Source of the DNA: Actinomycetota bacterium
GTDB lineage: Bacteria > Actinomycetota > UBA4738 > CALAEC01
DNA length: 64,000 nucleotides
Assembly: GCA_052039025.1 (NCBI GenBank)
Contig: JBQGDK010000144.1
Location: forward strand, 1,069-65,068
Direction: 5' to 3'
Shown here one piece after another: positions 18,285 to 30,597 of this stretch (positions are counted from its first letter, which is position 1; each line of letters starts with the position of its first letter). A model generated the notes under the pieces. That model worked only from the letters and a program-made list of their open reading frames with translations, was not told where the DNA came from and made no database searches. Position numbers and translations under genes: made by a program.

Positions 18285-19221
18285 GATCGCCCTCCTCCTC
18301 GGTCTGTTTGTCCGCTTCCTCGTAGCGTCGGCCGGTGATGCCCAGGTAGACCGCCTCCAAGTTCGGCCGCATGATCTCCACCGACCGCAGGCTGCCCGCG
18401 GGAAGTCTGGGGAGGACCGCAGCCAGGGTCGCGGCCGGATCTCGTGTTGGGATGCGCACCCGTGCCCCCTCGATGGTAGCTGAGCCGTCGAGAGAGCCGG
18501 CCGGCACCTCGCCCTGGAAGGTCAGCTCCACCACGGGCTCGGCGTGCGCGGCGATGAGCTCGTCCGCGTGGCCCCGGGCGATCACTCGACCGTCGTCGAG
18601 GAGGACCACCCTGGCTCCCAGGTCCTCGACCTCCTGGAGGTAGTGGGTCGAGTAGAGTACCGTCGAGCCCTGGGCCGCCAGGTCTCGAACCACGTCGAGG
18701 ATGCGCCCTCGGGTCTCGACGTCGGCACCCGTGGTGGCTTCGTCCAGGAGGAGCAGGGCCGGGCGATGCAGCAGGGCGATGGCGGTGTGAACCCGGCGCT
18801 TCTGGCCGCCCGAGAGCGTGCCACCCTGCCGGTCGAGCAGCTCGGTGATGACCAGCGCCTGGGCAACCTCATCGATCCGCGCCCGGAGTTCACGCTCGCC
18901 CAGGCCTGCCAGGCGGCCGAACAGCCGGAGGTTGTTCCGAACGGACACCACGGGATAGATCCCGAGATCTTGGGGCGCCAGGCCGATCCGCCGGCGAACC
19001 TCGGCCGAACGCTTCAGCGCATCCAGGCCGTCGACCTCCACCACGCCGGCGTCGGCCTTCCGAAGGCCGGCGACGATCGACACGATCGTGGTCTTGCCGG
19101 CTCCGTTCGGCCCGAGAAGCCCCACGATCTCCCCGGCGGAGACGTCCATGTCGACACCCTGCAGGGCTGCCACGTCCCCGTACGACTTCCGAAGTCCCGC
19201 GATGTGGAGCATGGCCGTCAT
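18268..19221 (-). CDS. ABC transporter ATP-binding protein
   Basis: Walker A GPNGAGKTT, signature LSGGQKRR, Walker B LLLDEAT. Confidence 0.85.
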   Translation of the reverse strand: MTAMLHIAGLRKSYGDVAALQGVDMDVSAGEIVGLLGPNGAGKTTIVSIVAGLRKADAGVVEVDGLDALKRSAEVRRRIGLAPQDLGIYPVVSVRNNLRLFGRLAGLGERELRARIDEVAQALVITELLDRQGGTLSGGQKRRVHTAIALLHRPALLLLDEATTGADVETRGRILDVVRDLAAQGSTVLYSTHYLQEVEDLGARVVLLDDGRVIARGHADELIAAHAEPVVELTFQGEVPAGSLDGSATIEGARVRIPTRDPAATLAAVLPRLPAGSLRSVEIMRPNLEAVYLGITGRRYEEADKQTEEEGDRVVAS

Positions 19222-20096
19222 GCCTCCACCCTCCCTGGTCGGCCGGCGAACGAGCGGTGGACCCTGACGTCGCCAAAGGAGGTGTGGGCGTGAACCTCGA
19301 CCGAATCCTCATCGGGCTCGGGAGCCTCGGTGGAGTCCAGGTCGCTCTGCACGCTTCCGAACTTCGTATCGAGGTCCAGCCAGGCCGCGACGCCGTCACG
19401 AACACCCACCTCCACCGCGCCGAACGCGCTGTGGGCGACGATGGCGCCGCGCTGTACCTCACCAACACGAACATCGCCGTTGGACGTCTTCGCGACCACC
19501 GTCGCGTGGGCCAGGTCGATCGAGATCGTGCCGTTGGCCGCGTTCACCCGCGCGTCACCGGCAACTTCGCTGATCCGGGTGTCGCCGTTACCGTTCCTGA
19601 TGACCGCGGTCCCGTCGACGCCGCCAATCGCAATAGCGCCAGAGCCCGTGGTTACCTCGGCCCTGTCCTCGACCCGGCTCACCGTGATGTCGCCGGCCCC
19701 GGTCTTGAGCTCGACCCGGCTCGCCTCGTCGAGGCGGATGTCCCCCACCCCGGTCCGGTACCGGCACTCGCCGATCCGGCCCCTGCAGGTCAGGGCCGCG
19801 ACGCCGGCATTGCCCCACACGCGCGATCCCGACGGCAGCTCGATCTGCACGTCGACGGACTCGCCGCCTCCCCAGGGGGCCCAGCGCCTCCACCCCTTGG
19901 GCGCCGTGACCAGCAGCCTGCCGTTGGCGAGCACCACGCGGGTCTGCTCGGCGGCGGACACGTCTCCCTTCTTGGCGGGATCGCCGGGATGCACCTCGAC
20001 GACGGTGTCCGAGCGGTCGCTGGCCACGATCAGGACCTCACCAACACCGAGCTCCACCGTAACGGAGATGGGTTCGGGGGTTTCGAACGTCGGCAT
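19218..20096 (-). CDS. DUF4097 (toastrack-like beta-repeat) family protein
   Basis: Repetitive G-x-V/I beta-strand pattern (TGAGDITVSRVEDRAEVTTGSGAIAIGGVDGTAVIRNGNGDTRIS...); ATG 20096 after aaggaggag. Confidence 0.65.
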   Translation of the reverse strand: MPTFETPEPISVTVELGVGEVLIVASDRSDTVVEVHPGDPAKKGDVSAAEQTRVVLANGRLLVTAPKGWRRWAPWGGGESVDVQIELPSGSRVWGNAGVAALTCRGRIGECRYRTGVGDIRLDEASRVELKTGAGDITVSRVEDRAEVTTGSGAIAIGGVDGTAVIRNGNGDTRISEVAGDARVNAANGTISIDLAHATVVAKTSNGDVRVGEVQRGAIVAHSAFGAVEVGVRDGVAAWLDLDTKFGSVQSDLDSTEAPEPDEDSVEVHAHTSFGDVRVHRSFAGRPGRVEA

Positions 20097-20115
20097 CGTT
20101 CTCTCCTCCTTGTGA

Positions 20116-20634
20116 TCAGCGAGCCCAGCCGGTGTACCGCTGGTTCCCAACCGGCCTCCGCTCCCGTCGACGAACCGAAGCGGCGCGCTCCAAGCCGGCC
20201 GACGCCGCTCGGACGAGCCAGGAGTTGACCGAGAGCCCCTCGGAGCCCGCCGCCTGCTCGATCCGAGTCTTCAGGGACTCGGGCATCCGCAGGTTAATCC
20301 GCGAGATCGAGTCGTCCTCTCCCTCCGCCTGTGCCGGCCACCCGGTCTGGCTGGACCCGCCGCCCTCGGACAGCTCCTCGGTGGAGGGTCCCATCGGCGG
20401 CGTGACCACGAACTCCGGATCGCGCCCCCGCAGCCGCAGCTCGACCGATCCCGGCGCGAGCTCTACGGTGATCTCCTCGACCGCCGCCGCCAGGACGTCC
20501 TGTAGGGCCAACCGGATGGCCGCCTCCAGCGGCGCGGCGATCCGTTCGGCGACCGCCTGAGCTTCCTCGCCGCTGGCCTCGGCGGCCGACTCGAGCTGCC
20601 GGTGGATCTCGTGGAGATACGGTCCCAAATCCAT
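20116..20634 (-). CDS. hypothetical protein with C-terminal ribbon-helix-helix (CopG/Arc-like) domain
   Basis: RINLRMPESLKTRIEQAAGSEGLSVNSWLVRAASAGL is RHH-like; lies upstream of DUF4097 in the same operon. Confidence 0.5.
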   Translation of the reverse strand: MDLGPYLHEIHRQLESAAEASGEEAQAVAERIAAPLEAAIRLALQDVLAAAVEEITVELAPGSVELRLRGRDPEFVVTPPMGPSTEELSEGGGSSQTGWPAQAEGEDDSISRINLRMPESLKTRIEQAAGSEGLSVNSWLVRAASAGLERAASVRRRERRPVGNQRYTGWAR

Positions 20635-20640
20635 GGCGCC

Positions 20641-20675
20641 ATTATGGCGCCATTATGACGTCTTGTCAAGTCAAC
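20641..20675. repeat. tandem 11-nt repeat (gcgccattatg x ~2.5) immediately upstream of the RHH gene start
   Basis: ccattatggcgccattatggcgccattatgacg; AT-richer than the surrounding sequence; candidate operator or promoter element. Confidence 0.5.
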
Positions 20676-21317
20676 CTAATGCCTGAGTGATGCCATGGCC
20701 CGGAGGAGATTGTCGGTCTGGGGCCGGTTTCCCGCTCTGAGTCCCAGGTTTCCTCCTTATGGGGCCAGGACGTTTGGCCGGGCGCGTCGCGCAACTCGCG
20801 CAGGAGGATCCGATCATCAGCAGCCACAACGCCATCGATCGTCTCTTTGCGCGGCGGCAGGCCACCCAACGGGGCTGACCTCGAAGGAGCCGGAGGTGGT
20901 TGATGGCCGCTTCCCTGACATCCGGCCTCGGTCGGGATCGAGCCAGCACTTCAGGGCTACACCCAGGCCCCGCATTCGACGCAACATGGCCAGGAAGTCT
21001 CGATCGATGTGGCGGAAACGGATCCAGCGCATCTTCCCCCAGGGCGCTGAGGCCCCGCTCCACCGCTCCGCGAAATGCGGTCTCGAAGTCGAGAAGAAGC
21101 GGTCCAGTCGGCCCGCCTTCAAGAAGACGGCTGATCCGACGTTGGGGCGCATCGATGTGAGGGCGTATGTCGACCCCGCGCTGGATGCCTTCCCTTTCTG
21201 GTTCCCCCACCTCGTGCCAACCCGCTTCGTGCTCGTGGCCGTGGGATCGCTCCTTGTGGTCATCCTGCTGGCAACCCCCCTAGCGAACGCCCATTCCATC
21301 GAAAGCCGCAGCTGCCC

Positions 21318-22988
21318 TCAGCGCTCCGAGCGAGCAATCACATGGACGTCCACATTGGAGGCCCTCCGGATCAGCCGACTGACGAAGGATCCGCGTAGCA
21401 GTTCCTGCCACCGCGATCGCAGCGACTCCCCCACCACGATCTGCGTGACACCCTGCCGGTAGGCGAACGAGAGCGCTCCCTCGACCGGGTCCTCCGCCTC
21501 GACGATCTGAAACTCCCCCCCAAGCTCCTCGGCCAACCGCGTCATCCGGGCCCTCCATTCGGGGGCGGGATCCGCGTCCCCCGTGAGGATGTGCAGGACG
21601 ACCAGGTCGCCCCGAGCGCGCTGGGCCATCCTGGCCCCCCGGCGGACGAGCTGTTCGGGATCACCCGAGCCGGACACACACACGAGGATCCGCTCCCTGG
21701 TCTCCGGCGTCCTGGCCCTGGACCACCGCTTGAGAAGGTCCTCGTCCACCTTGTTCGCTACCCGCATGAGGGCGAGCTCGCGGAGGCCGGTGAGGTTCTC
21801 CGTGGTGAAGAACCTCCTCAGGGCCAGCTCCGCTTTCCGGGGGTCTGGGTAGACGTTGCCGTGGACCATGCGGCGCTGGAGGGCATACGGGGACATGTCC
21901 ACCAGCTCGACCTGATCGGCCAGGTCGAGAACCCAGTCGGGGATGGTCTCCTGCTGGCGGATGCCGGTGATCCCCGCCACCACGTCGTTGAGGCTGGCCA
22001 CGTGCTGGATGTTGAGCGTGGAGATGACCACGATCCCTTCCGCCAGGATGTCCAGGACGTCCTCCCACCGTTTGGCCCGCCGACTGCCGGGGATGTTGGT
22101 GTGGGCTAGCTCATCGACGAGGACCACTTCGGGTCGACGCCGGATGACGGCCTCGGCGTCCATCTCCTCGAAGGTCGTGCCGCGGTAGTCCAGCTTCTGG
22201 GGCGGGATGATCTCCAGCCCCTCGAGGATCTCGATGGTCTTCCGACGCCCGTAGGTCTGAACGATGCCCACCACGACGTCGGTGCCCCGGGAGAGGCGGC
22301 GCTGGCCCTCGCCGAGCATGGCGTATGTCTTCCCCACGCCGGGGGCCATTCCCAGGTAGACCCGGAGCGCCCCCCGCTTCCTGGCCTGAGCCTGCGCCTT
22401 GGTCCAAACGGTCTGGAGGACGGGCTGGGGGATGTCCCGGCCGGCCAGGGCCTCCACCGATTCAGAGCCCACCTGGGGCCCGGGGGCATCGCGCGCTGTC
22501 TCCCTGGTCTCGATGGCCACCTGCTGTTGCCGTTCGCGGCCGGCGACAGCCCTGGAACCGTTTCCCTCAACCGCGCGGGGAGCACGGTCCGCCCTCGATG
22601 ACGACCTTCCCGATCCTGGCCCCCCGCGCTCCCGGGAGGCCGTTCGCTGCGGGCTCTGGGCAGGGACCACGCCGAGGGCCCGCTCCAGCCGTCGTCGCTC
22701 TCGTCCCGACGCCACAATGGCCACCTCGTCTTCGTCCTGAAGGTGATTGATCGCGCTCTCCGGTCCGGCCGCCCAAATCTCATCGAGGGGTAGCTCAAGC
22801 GTGGGGGACAAGGCCAACGCCCCGTCGAGGATAGCTTTCTGCGCCGGCCCGATCTGGAGTCCGACGCTGATCAGGACCAACCCCCTCCCCCGAGCCGCCG
22901 CGTCTCGGGCGGCGACCTCAAGGTCCAGGTCTGCCGTGCGCCCGAGGACGAGCACCCGGCGCGGTCCTTGCGGACGCTCCTCGATCAC
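21318..22988 (-). CDS. kdpD: KdpD N-terminal sensor domain + universal stress protein domain (no TM/kinase part), fused into the kdp operon
   Basis: RVYLGMAPGVGKTYAML (KdpD P-loop) followed by a Usp-like domain; GTG start overlaps the kdpC stop; the ~180-aa N-terminal extension is of uncertain validity. Confidence 0.7.
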   Translation of the reverse strand: MIEERPQGPRRVLVLGRTADLDLEVAARDAAARGRGLVLISVGLQIGPAQKAILDGALALSPTLELPLDEIWAAGPESAINHLQDEDEVAIVASGRERRRLERALGVVPAQSPQRTASRERGGPGSGRSSSRADRAPRAVEGNGSRAVAGRERQQQVAIETRETARDAPGPQVGSESVEALAGRDIPQPVLQTVWTKAQAQARKRGALRVYLGMAPGVGKTYAMLGEGQRRLSRGTDVVVGIVQTYGRRKTIEILEGLEIIPPQKLDYRGTTFEEMDAEAVIRRRPEVVLVDELAHTNIPGSRRAKRWEDVLDILAEGIVVISTLNIQHVASLNDVVAGITGIRQQETIPDWVLDLADQVELVDMSPYALQRRMVHGNVYPDPRKAELALRRFFTTENLTGLRELALMRVANKVDEDLLKRWSRARTPETRERILVCVSGSGDPEQLVRRGARMAQRARGDLVVLHILTGDADPAPEWRARMTRLAEELGGEFQIVEAEDPVEGALSFAYRQGVTQIVVGESLRSRWQELLRGSFVSRLIRRASNVDVHVIARSER

Positions 22989-23562
22989 CCGTCCATCCCC
23001 CCGAGAGCCACGTTCAGCTCCAGGACGTTGACCCGCGGCTCCCCCAACAGCCCGAGGGATCTGCCCTCCGTGTGGCGTGTGATCAACGCGCGGACCTGGC
23101 CGAGTGGGAGGTCCCGGACGGCCGCGATCCGAGGAGCCTGGAACTCGGCCGCCGCCGGCGAGATGTGGGGGTCCAGCCCGCTGGCGGACGCGGTGAGGAG
23201 ATCGACGGGGATGTCCGAGGCCCTGAGGCCAGGCGTGTACGGGCCCTCCAACGCGAGGATCGCCGAGGCCCGGTGGCGGATCAGGTCAGCAAGCTCCTCC
23301 GACGTGGGACCAAGATTGGATCCGGACGAGGCCGCCGCGTCGTACTGCGCAGCCGAGGGACGCCCGTGGAACCACTCCTCCCCCTCCCACCTTTGGCCGA
23401 TCAGGGAGCTCCCCACGGGACGCCCGTCCACGCGTATGAGCGATCCGTCGGCCTTCTCGGGGAAGGCGATCTGGGCGAACATCGTCACAGCCAGCGGATA
23501 GACGACCCCGGTGAGGACGGCCAGGACCAGGACGGCGAGGAGGGCTCGGAGCTGTGTCCGGA

Positions 23563-23566
<4 letters not shown>
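22985..23566 (-). CDS. kdpC: potassium-transporting ATPase subunit C
   Basis: [28 protein letters not shown]...[15 protein letters not shown] (KdpC signature); GTG start overlapping the kdpB stop. Confidence 0.8.
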
Positions 23567-25613
<2,047 letters not shown>

Positions 25614-25614
<1 letters not shown>

Positions 25615-27284
25615 CAGGTCAGCCCCCCTCCCCCGAGTGCTTCGACGATCGGTCCTAGGGACAGGGCCGGAAGGAAGGTCAGGGCCCCGATGATGACGAT
25701 CACCCCGACCAACAGCCCCACGAACAGCGCCGTGTCGGTCCGGAGCGTCCCCGACGAGGCGGGGACCCTGCCCTGCCCGCCCAGGCTCCCGGCCAGGGCC
25801 AGCGCGGCCAGCAGGGGAACGAACCGCCCGAGGATCATGGCCACCCCCCCGGCGACCGCGTACAGCGGCTCGCCGGCAGCGAGCCCGGCGAACGCCGAGC
25901 CGTTGTTGTTGGCCTGGGAGTTGAACGCGTACAGGATCTCGCTGAACCCGTGGGGGCCGGCGTTCAGCCGGGCCCCCAGGCCGGCGGGGGTCACCACGGC
26001 CACCGCGGTGAGCCCCAGGACCAGCGGGAACGGGGCGATCAGCCCGATGATCGAGAGCTTGACCTCCCGGGCTCGGATCTTCTTGCCCAGGTACTCCGGT
26101 GTGCGCCCCACCATCAGCCCGCCGATGAACACCGCGAGGATGGCGTAGAACAGCATCCCGTACAGACCGCTCCCCACTCCGCCGAAGATGACCTCCCCCA
26201 CGGCGATGTTGAACAGCTGCACGGCCCCTCCCCCAGGGTTGTAGGAATCGTGCATCGAGTTGACGCTCCCGTTGGAGGCGGCGGTGGTCGCCACCGACCA
26301 GTACGCGGCCTCGTCCGTGCCGATCCGGACCTCCTTGCCCTCGAGGTTGGGGGCGGAGGCGGAGACGCCCGCGGCCCGCATGGCCTCGGTGGCCGCTCGC
26401 TCGCCGGGGATCGTGAGGGCCAGGCCGGCCAGGAACAGGACCAGCATGGCCGCGAACAGCGCCCATCCCTGGCGGACGCTCCCGACCATCTTCCCGAAGG
26501 TGTACGTCAGGGCTGCGGGGATCAGCAGGATGCTGAGGGCCTCCACGAAGTTGGAGATGGGCGTTGGGTTCTCGAAGGGGTGGGCGGAGTTGACGTTGAA
26601 GAAGCCGCCGCCGTTGGTCCCCAGCTGCTTGATGGCGATCTGCGAGGCGGCCGGCCCCTGGGCGATCAGCTGCTGGAAGCCCTGGATGCCCTCCACGGGC
26701 CGGTAGGCGCCGAGGTTCTGGACCACGCCCTGGGAGACCAGCAGGATCGTGACGATCCCCGAGAGCGGAAGCAGGATGTAAAGCACGGTGCGGACCAGGT
26801 CCCGCCAGAAGTTGCCGACCTTGTCGGTGTTCGTTCGGACGAAGCCTCGGATCAGGGCCACGAGGACCGCCATCCCGACCGCCGCCGAGACGAAGTTTTG
26901 CACGGTCAGGCCGAGCATCTGGGTGAGGTAGCTCATGGTCGTCTCGCCGCCGTAGGCCTGCCAGTTGGTGTTGGTGGTGAAGCTGACGGCGGTGTTGAAA
27001 GCCACGTACGGGTTCACCCCCGGAAGTCCGTGCGGGTTCAGGCCAAGGGAGCCCTGGAGGCGCATCAACAGGTACAGGAGGGCGAGCCCGGCCATGCTGA
27101 ACCACAGCACCGAGGTGGCATACCGGCGCCAGGACTGCTCCACGGTCGGCCGCACGCCGATCAGCCGGTACACGAGTGCCTCGGCCCGTCCGATGCGCTC
27201 CCGTGTGTACACGCCGTGGATGTAGGCCCCCAGAGGCGGGGTCAGGGCCACCGTGAGCACGAGCAGGAGGGTGACGCCGCCCAT
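25614..27284 (-). CDS. kdpA: potassium-transporting ATPase subunit A
   Basis: 556-aa polytopic protein with KdpA selectivity-filter-like [10 protein letters not shown] and GTNGGGFF motifs. Confidence 0.9.
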
Positions 27285-27374
27285 TCAGAACCTCTCTGGG
27301 CGGATCAGGGCGTAGGTGAGGTACACGAGCAGGGCGGCGGCGATCGCCAGCTCGATGATGTCGGCCACGCTCAT
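27285..27374 (-). CDS. kdpF: potassium-transporting ATPase subunit F (29 aa)
   Basis: [29 protein letters not shown], with the KdpF-like ending ...PERF; its stop abuts the kdpA start. Confidence 0.7.
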   Translation of the reverse strand: MSVADIIELAIAAALLVYLTYALIRPERF

Positions 27375-27439
27375 ACGCGCTCCAGCCACCGAATCAGGCC
27401 GAACAGCAGAGCCATCGCCACCGACGTCAGGACCACCAT
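27371..27439 (-). CDS. putative 22-aa hydrophobic leader peptide ORF, translationally coupled (ATGA) to kdpF
   Basis: [22 protein letters not shown]; its stop TGA overlaps the kdpF ATG; not in the ORF track (<60 aa). Confidence 0.3.
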   Translation of the reverse strand: MVVLTSVAMALLFGLIRWLERV

Positions 27440-27685
27440 GAGAACGTCGTCCACCGCGCTCCTTTCCTCTCGCCAGCGTAGGAGCGGGCCCTTAGGCTCC
27501 CGTGAGGAAGCCGGGCCTCGGCCTATGGGATTCCTTTGGGTTTGGGGGGAGGCGTTCGGACCCCCTCTGGGGCGGGCTCGGCGCTGGCACACTGGAGCTG
27601 CATGGCGCTTCTTGGGAGGCTGGGGCGAACTCCGGCCGGCGACGGCAGCCGGCCAGCACCCGCCCGGGCTCCCCTGGCCCGGCTG

Positions 27686-29146
27686 ATGGGGCGGTCCCCG
27701 TGGCGCCGGGTGGCCGGCTACGCCGTGGCTCTCCTCGGGACCGCGGGGGTGACCCTCGCCTTCCTGCCGGTGCGCGAGGAGACCACCGACGTGTCCAAGG
27801 GGTTCGCCTACCTGATCGTGGTGGTGGTCTCCGCGGCGATCGGTCGCCTCGGCCCGGGGATCCTGGCCTCGTTCCTCGGGTTCCTGACGTTCAACTTCTT
27901 CCAGCTCCCCCCGTACCACACGTTCGTCCTGGCGCGAGGGGAGCACGTCGTGGTGCTGTTCGTGTTCCTCGGCCTCTCCATCTTCATCTCCGCGCTGCTG
28001 GCCCGGGCCACCGAGCGGGCAGAGGCCGCCGAGGCGCGGGAGGAAGAGCTCCGGATCCTGCAGACGCTCAGTGCGGAGCTTGTGGCAGCGGTCCCAGGGC
28101 CGGAGACGTACGAATCGGTCCTCTCTCGACTGCTCGAGCTGTTCGGCTTCTCGGCCGGGTCGCTGTGGGTCCAAGATCCCGACACCCGGGAGCTTCGGGA
28201 GCAGGTCGCGGCGGGTGTCGAACCGGGGGAACTGGCACCCTCCCGCGACACGGACTCCGGGCCATGGCCTCCGGAGCGACTGCCGCTCTCCGTCGGGGGC
28301 CGGGTCCTGGGGTTGTTCCTGCTCCGGCGGGAGCGCCCTCCCCTGACCCCGGCAGAGAGCAGGGTCATGCGAGCGTTCTGCGACGAGTTCGCCTTGGTGC
28401 TGGAGCGCGACCGCCTCCTTCGGGTCGCAGCGGAGACCGAAGACTTCCGGCGAACCGAGGAGGTCAGGCGGTCTCTTCTCGCTGCCGTCTCCCACGACCT
28501 CCGCACCCCGCTCGCCGCGATCAAGGCCTCGGTGACAGACCTCCTGTCTCAAGATGCCAGGGGGGGTTCGGAGCGCGACGCTCTCCTGAGCATCGATATC
28601 GAAACGGACAGGCTGATCAGCATGATCACCAACCTCCTGGACATGTCGCGGATAGAGGGAGGGATCCTCAAGCCCCGCATCCAGACCGTGGATCTGTCGG
28701 AGGTGGTGTCGGCCTGCGTCGACCGTGCGGGACGCCAATGGCCCGAGCTCGATGTGGTGGTGAGGATGGGCGCGAGCGTGACGCTCGTGCGAGCCGACCC
28801 GGTCTTCCTGGATCGGGTGCTGACGAACCTGCTGGACAACGCGGCAAAGGCCGCCAGGGAGAACGACAGCAATAGGCTTGAGGTCCAGGCGGTGCCGGCC
28901 CAGGGCAGGGTGACGGTCCGTGTCATCGACCAAGGCAAGGGCGTCGCCCAGGACACCCGGGAACAGCTCTTCTATCCCTTCTACCAGGTCACCGAGCGGC
29001 ACCCGCGTCTCGGTACCGGGCTGGGCCTGGCCATCGCCAAAGGGTTCCTCTCTCTCATGGACGGGGAGATCTGGGTCGAGGACACACCGGGTGGCGGGGC
29101 GACGTTCGCCTTCTCGCTCCCGGCGAACGTTACCGTTCCCACGTGA
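27686..29146 (+). CDS. sensor histidine kinase, KdpD C-terminal type (4-TM KdpD membrane domain + GAF + HisKA + HATPase)
   Basis: TM block ...AYLIVVVVSAAIGRLGPGILASFLGFLTFNFFQLPPYHTF...; H-box AAVSHDLRTPLAAI; ATP lid GLGLAI. Start taken at ATG 27686; an upstream start at 27536 is possible. Confidence 0.8.
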   Translation: MGRSPWRRVAGYAVALLGTAGVTLAFLPVREETTDVSKGFAYLIVVVVSAAIGRLGPGILASFLGFLTFNFFQLPPYHTFVLARGEHVVVLFVFLGLSIFISALLARATERAEAAEAREEELRILQTLSAELVAAVPGPETYESVLSRLLELFGFSAGSLWVQDPDTRELREQVAAGVEPGELAPSRDTDSGPWPPERLPLSVGGRVLGLFLLRRERPPLTPAESRVMRAFCDEFALVLERDRLLRVAAETEDFRRTEEVRRSLLAAVSHDLRTPLAAIKASVTDLLSQDARGGSERDALLSIDIETDRLISMITNLLDMSRIEGGILKPRIQTVDLSEVVSACVDRAGRQWPELDVVVRMGASVTLVRADPVFLDRVLTNLLDNAAKAARENDSNRLEVQAVPAQGRVTVRVIDQGKGVAQDTREQLFYPFYQVTERHPRLGTGLGLAIAKGFLSLMDGEIWVEDTPGGGATFAFSLPANVTVPT

Positions 29147-29856
29147 TGAAGAAGGCTCGCGTGCTCGTCGTGGACGACGAGCAGCAGATCCGAAGGGCGG
29201 TTGGGCGTGCCCTCACGACCCGCGGGTACGAAGTGCTGGAAGCACGCGACGGAGAGGAGGCCCTGTCCGTGACGGCGGCCTCCGAACCCGATCTGGTCAT
29301 CCTTGACCTGAACCTGCCGGAGCGTGACGGGCTCTCCGTGTGCCAGCAGCTCAGGCGACGGAGTTCGGCACCGATCCTCATCCTCTCCGTGCGGGAGGAG
29401 GAGTCCGACAAGGTGGCCGCTCTTGACCTCGGGGCCGACGACTACCTGACCAAGCCCTTCGGGATCGAGGAGCTAATGGCCCGGGTACGGGCGCTCCTCA
29501 GGCGGGCGGAGACCCAGGGCGGGCCGAGGCCGGTGCGCTTCAAGAGGGACGACGTGGAGATCGACGTCGACACCCGCCGCGTGACCCGGAAGGGGGAGGA
29601 GGTCCGGCTGACCAAGACCGAGTGGGGGCTGCTCGAAGCCCTGTCGGAATACCCGGGAAAGCTGCTCACCCACCGGTGGTTGCTGGAGCGCGTATGGGGG
29701 CCGGGCTACTCGGAGGATCTCGACGTGCTCCGAGTCTTCATCAGCCAGCTACGGCGGAAGATCGAATCGGATCCGGGACGGCCGCAGATCATCGCCACCG
29801 ACCCGGGGATCGGTTACCGGTGGCTGCTGCGGCCAGCCGAAGAGCCGGACGAGTAG
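29143..29856 (+). CDS. kdpE: OmpR-family response regulator KdpE
   Basis: MMKKARVLVVDDEQQIRRAV...DLVILDLNLP receiver domain plus winged-helix C-terminus; ATGA overlap with the kinase gene. Confidence 0.85.
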   Translation: MMKKARVLVVDDEQQIRRAVGRALTTRGYEVLEARDGEEALSVTAASEPDLVILDLNLPERDGLSVCQQLRRRSSAPILILSVREEESDKVAALDLGADDYLTKPFGIEELMARVRALLRRAETQGGPRPVRFKRDDVEIDVDTRRVTRKGEEVRLTKTEWGLLEALSEYPGKLLTHRWLLERVWGPGYSEDLDVLRVFISQLRRKIESDPGRPQIIATDPGIGYRWLLRPAEEPDE

Positions 29857-30014
29857 ACCTCTTTCTCGATCCATTCCTGTTGCCCCTTGAGGTTGGCATC
29901 GCCTTGGCAACGGGGCCCTTCTGCCCTGGTCCCGGTCGGAACAGCGGATGCGGAATCCGCAGGCCCGCTGAGCTCGCTCTACCGTCAGCGGCCTCCGCCA
30001 TCGGGACGGCAAGG

Positions 30015-30250
30015 ATGCAGGCCATGAGGGGTCACGTTCGGAAGCGGCGCACGTGGGAGTTCATCGTCGACATCGGCCAGCACCCGCTCCCCGGCGGGAG
30101 GCGCCAGAAGAGCAAGAGCGGCTTCGCTACCAGGAGAGCAGACGACGTGCGCCACGCCGTTGCCACCGAACTGGGGCCCCGAGGCGTCCACGCGGTGATC
30201 GTCTCGGCCGTCCTGGGCCACGCCAGCACCTCCTTCACCGTCGCTGTCTA
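30015..30250 (+). pseudogene. tyrosine recombinase/integrase relic (N- and C-terminal pieces fused, internal deletion)
   Basis: MQAMRGHVRKRRTWEFIVDIGQHPLPGGRRQKSKSGFATRRAD (integrase N-terminal arm-binding-type) runs directly into LRHAVATELGPRGVHAVIVSAVLGHASTSFTVAVYS (integrase C-terminal box II-like); far too short to be functional. Confidence 0.55.
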
Positions 30251-30406
30251 CAGCCCGCCTGGCAGGACGGACCCCGGGAGGCCGCCTTGGTGCTGGAGGA
30301 CACACACTGAGTCCACGCCTCTCGGGGGTTGGCAATCCGTTGGCAAATTCGGGCCTCGGGCCGTCCGGAAACGGGGCGTCTCGGCAAAGTGGCAGGTAGA
30401 AGGTGG

Positions 30407-30448
30407 TGGGGCGGGGAGGACGTGAACCTCCGACCCACGGATCATGAG
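30407..30448 (-). repeat. tRNA 3'-end-like element copy C (GGAGG-TTCACGT-CCTCC + CCGCCCC-A), 155 nt from the integrase relic
   Basis: Conserved block as in A and B; T-loop position 58 is mutated (A to C), so it is not a functional tRNA. Confidence 0.6.
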
Positions 30449-30597
30449 GTGCGCGTTTGCGCGATTCTGTCGTCTGGTGCCGTTCCGTCCGTCTGGTTAT
30501 GGCCTGGTTATGGCCCGTTCGTTAGCACCGTTGTCAGCACGGGGGTGTGGCAGCCGCGATGCTCGCCGTCACATCCCGCAAGGCGCGGGGCCGGACC

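Noticed and set aside
20671-21462. ORFs 20695..21462 (+) and 20671..21210 (-) between the RHH gene and kdpD-N
   Set aside because: Both are low-complexity, with no recognisable motifs or RBS, and they overlap each other. The region is more likely intergenic or decayed.
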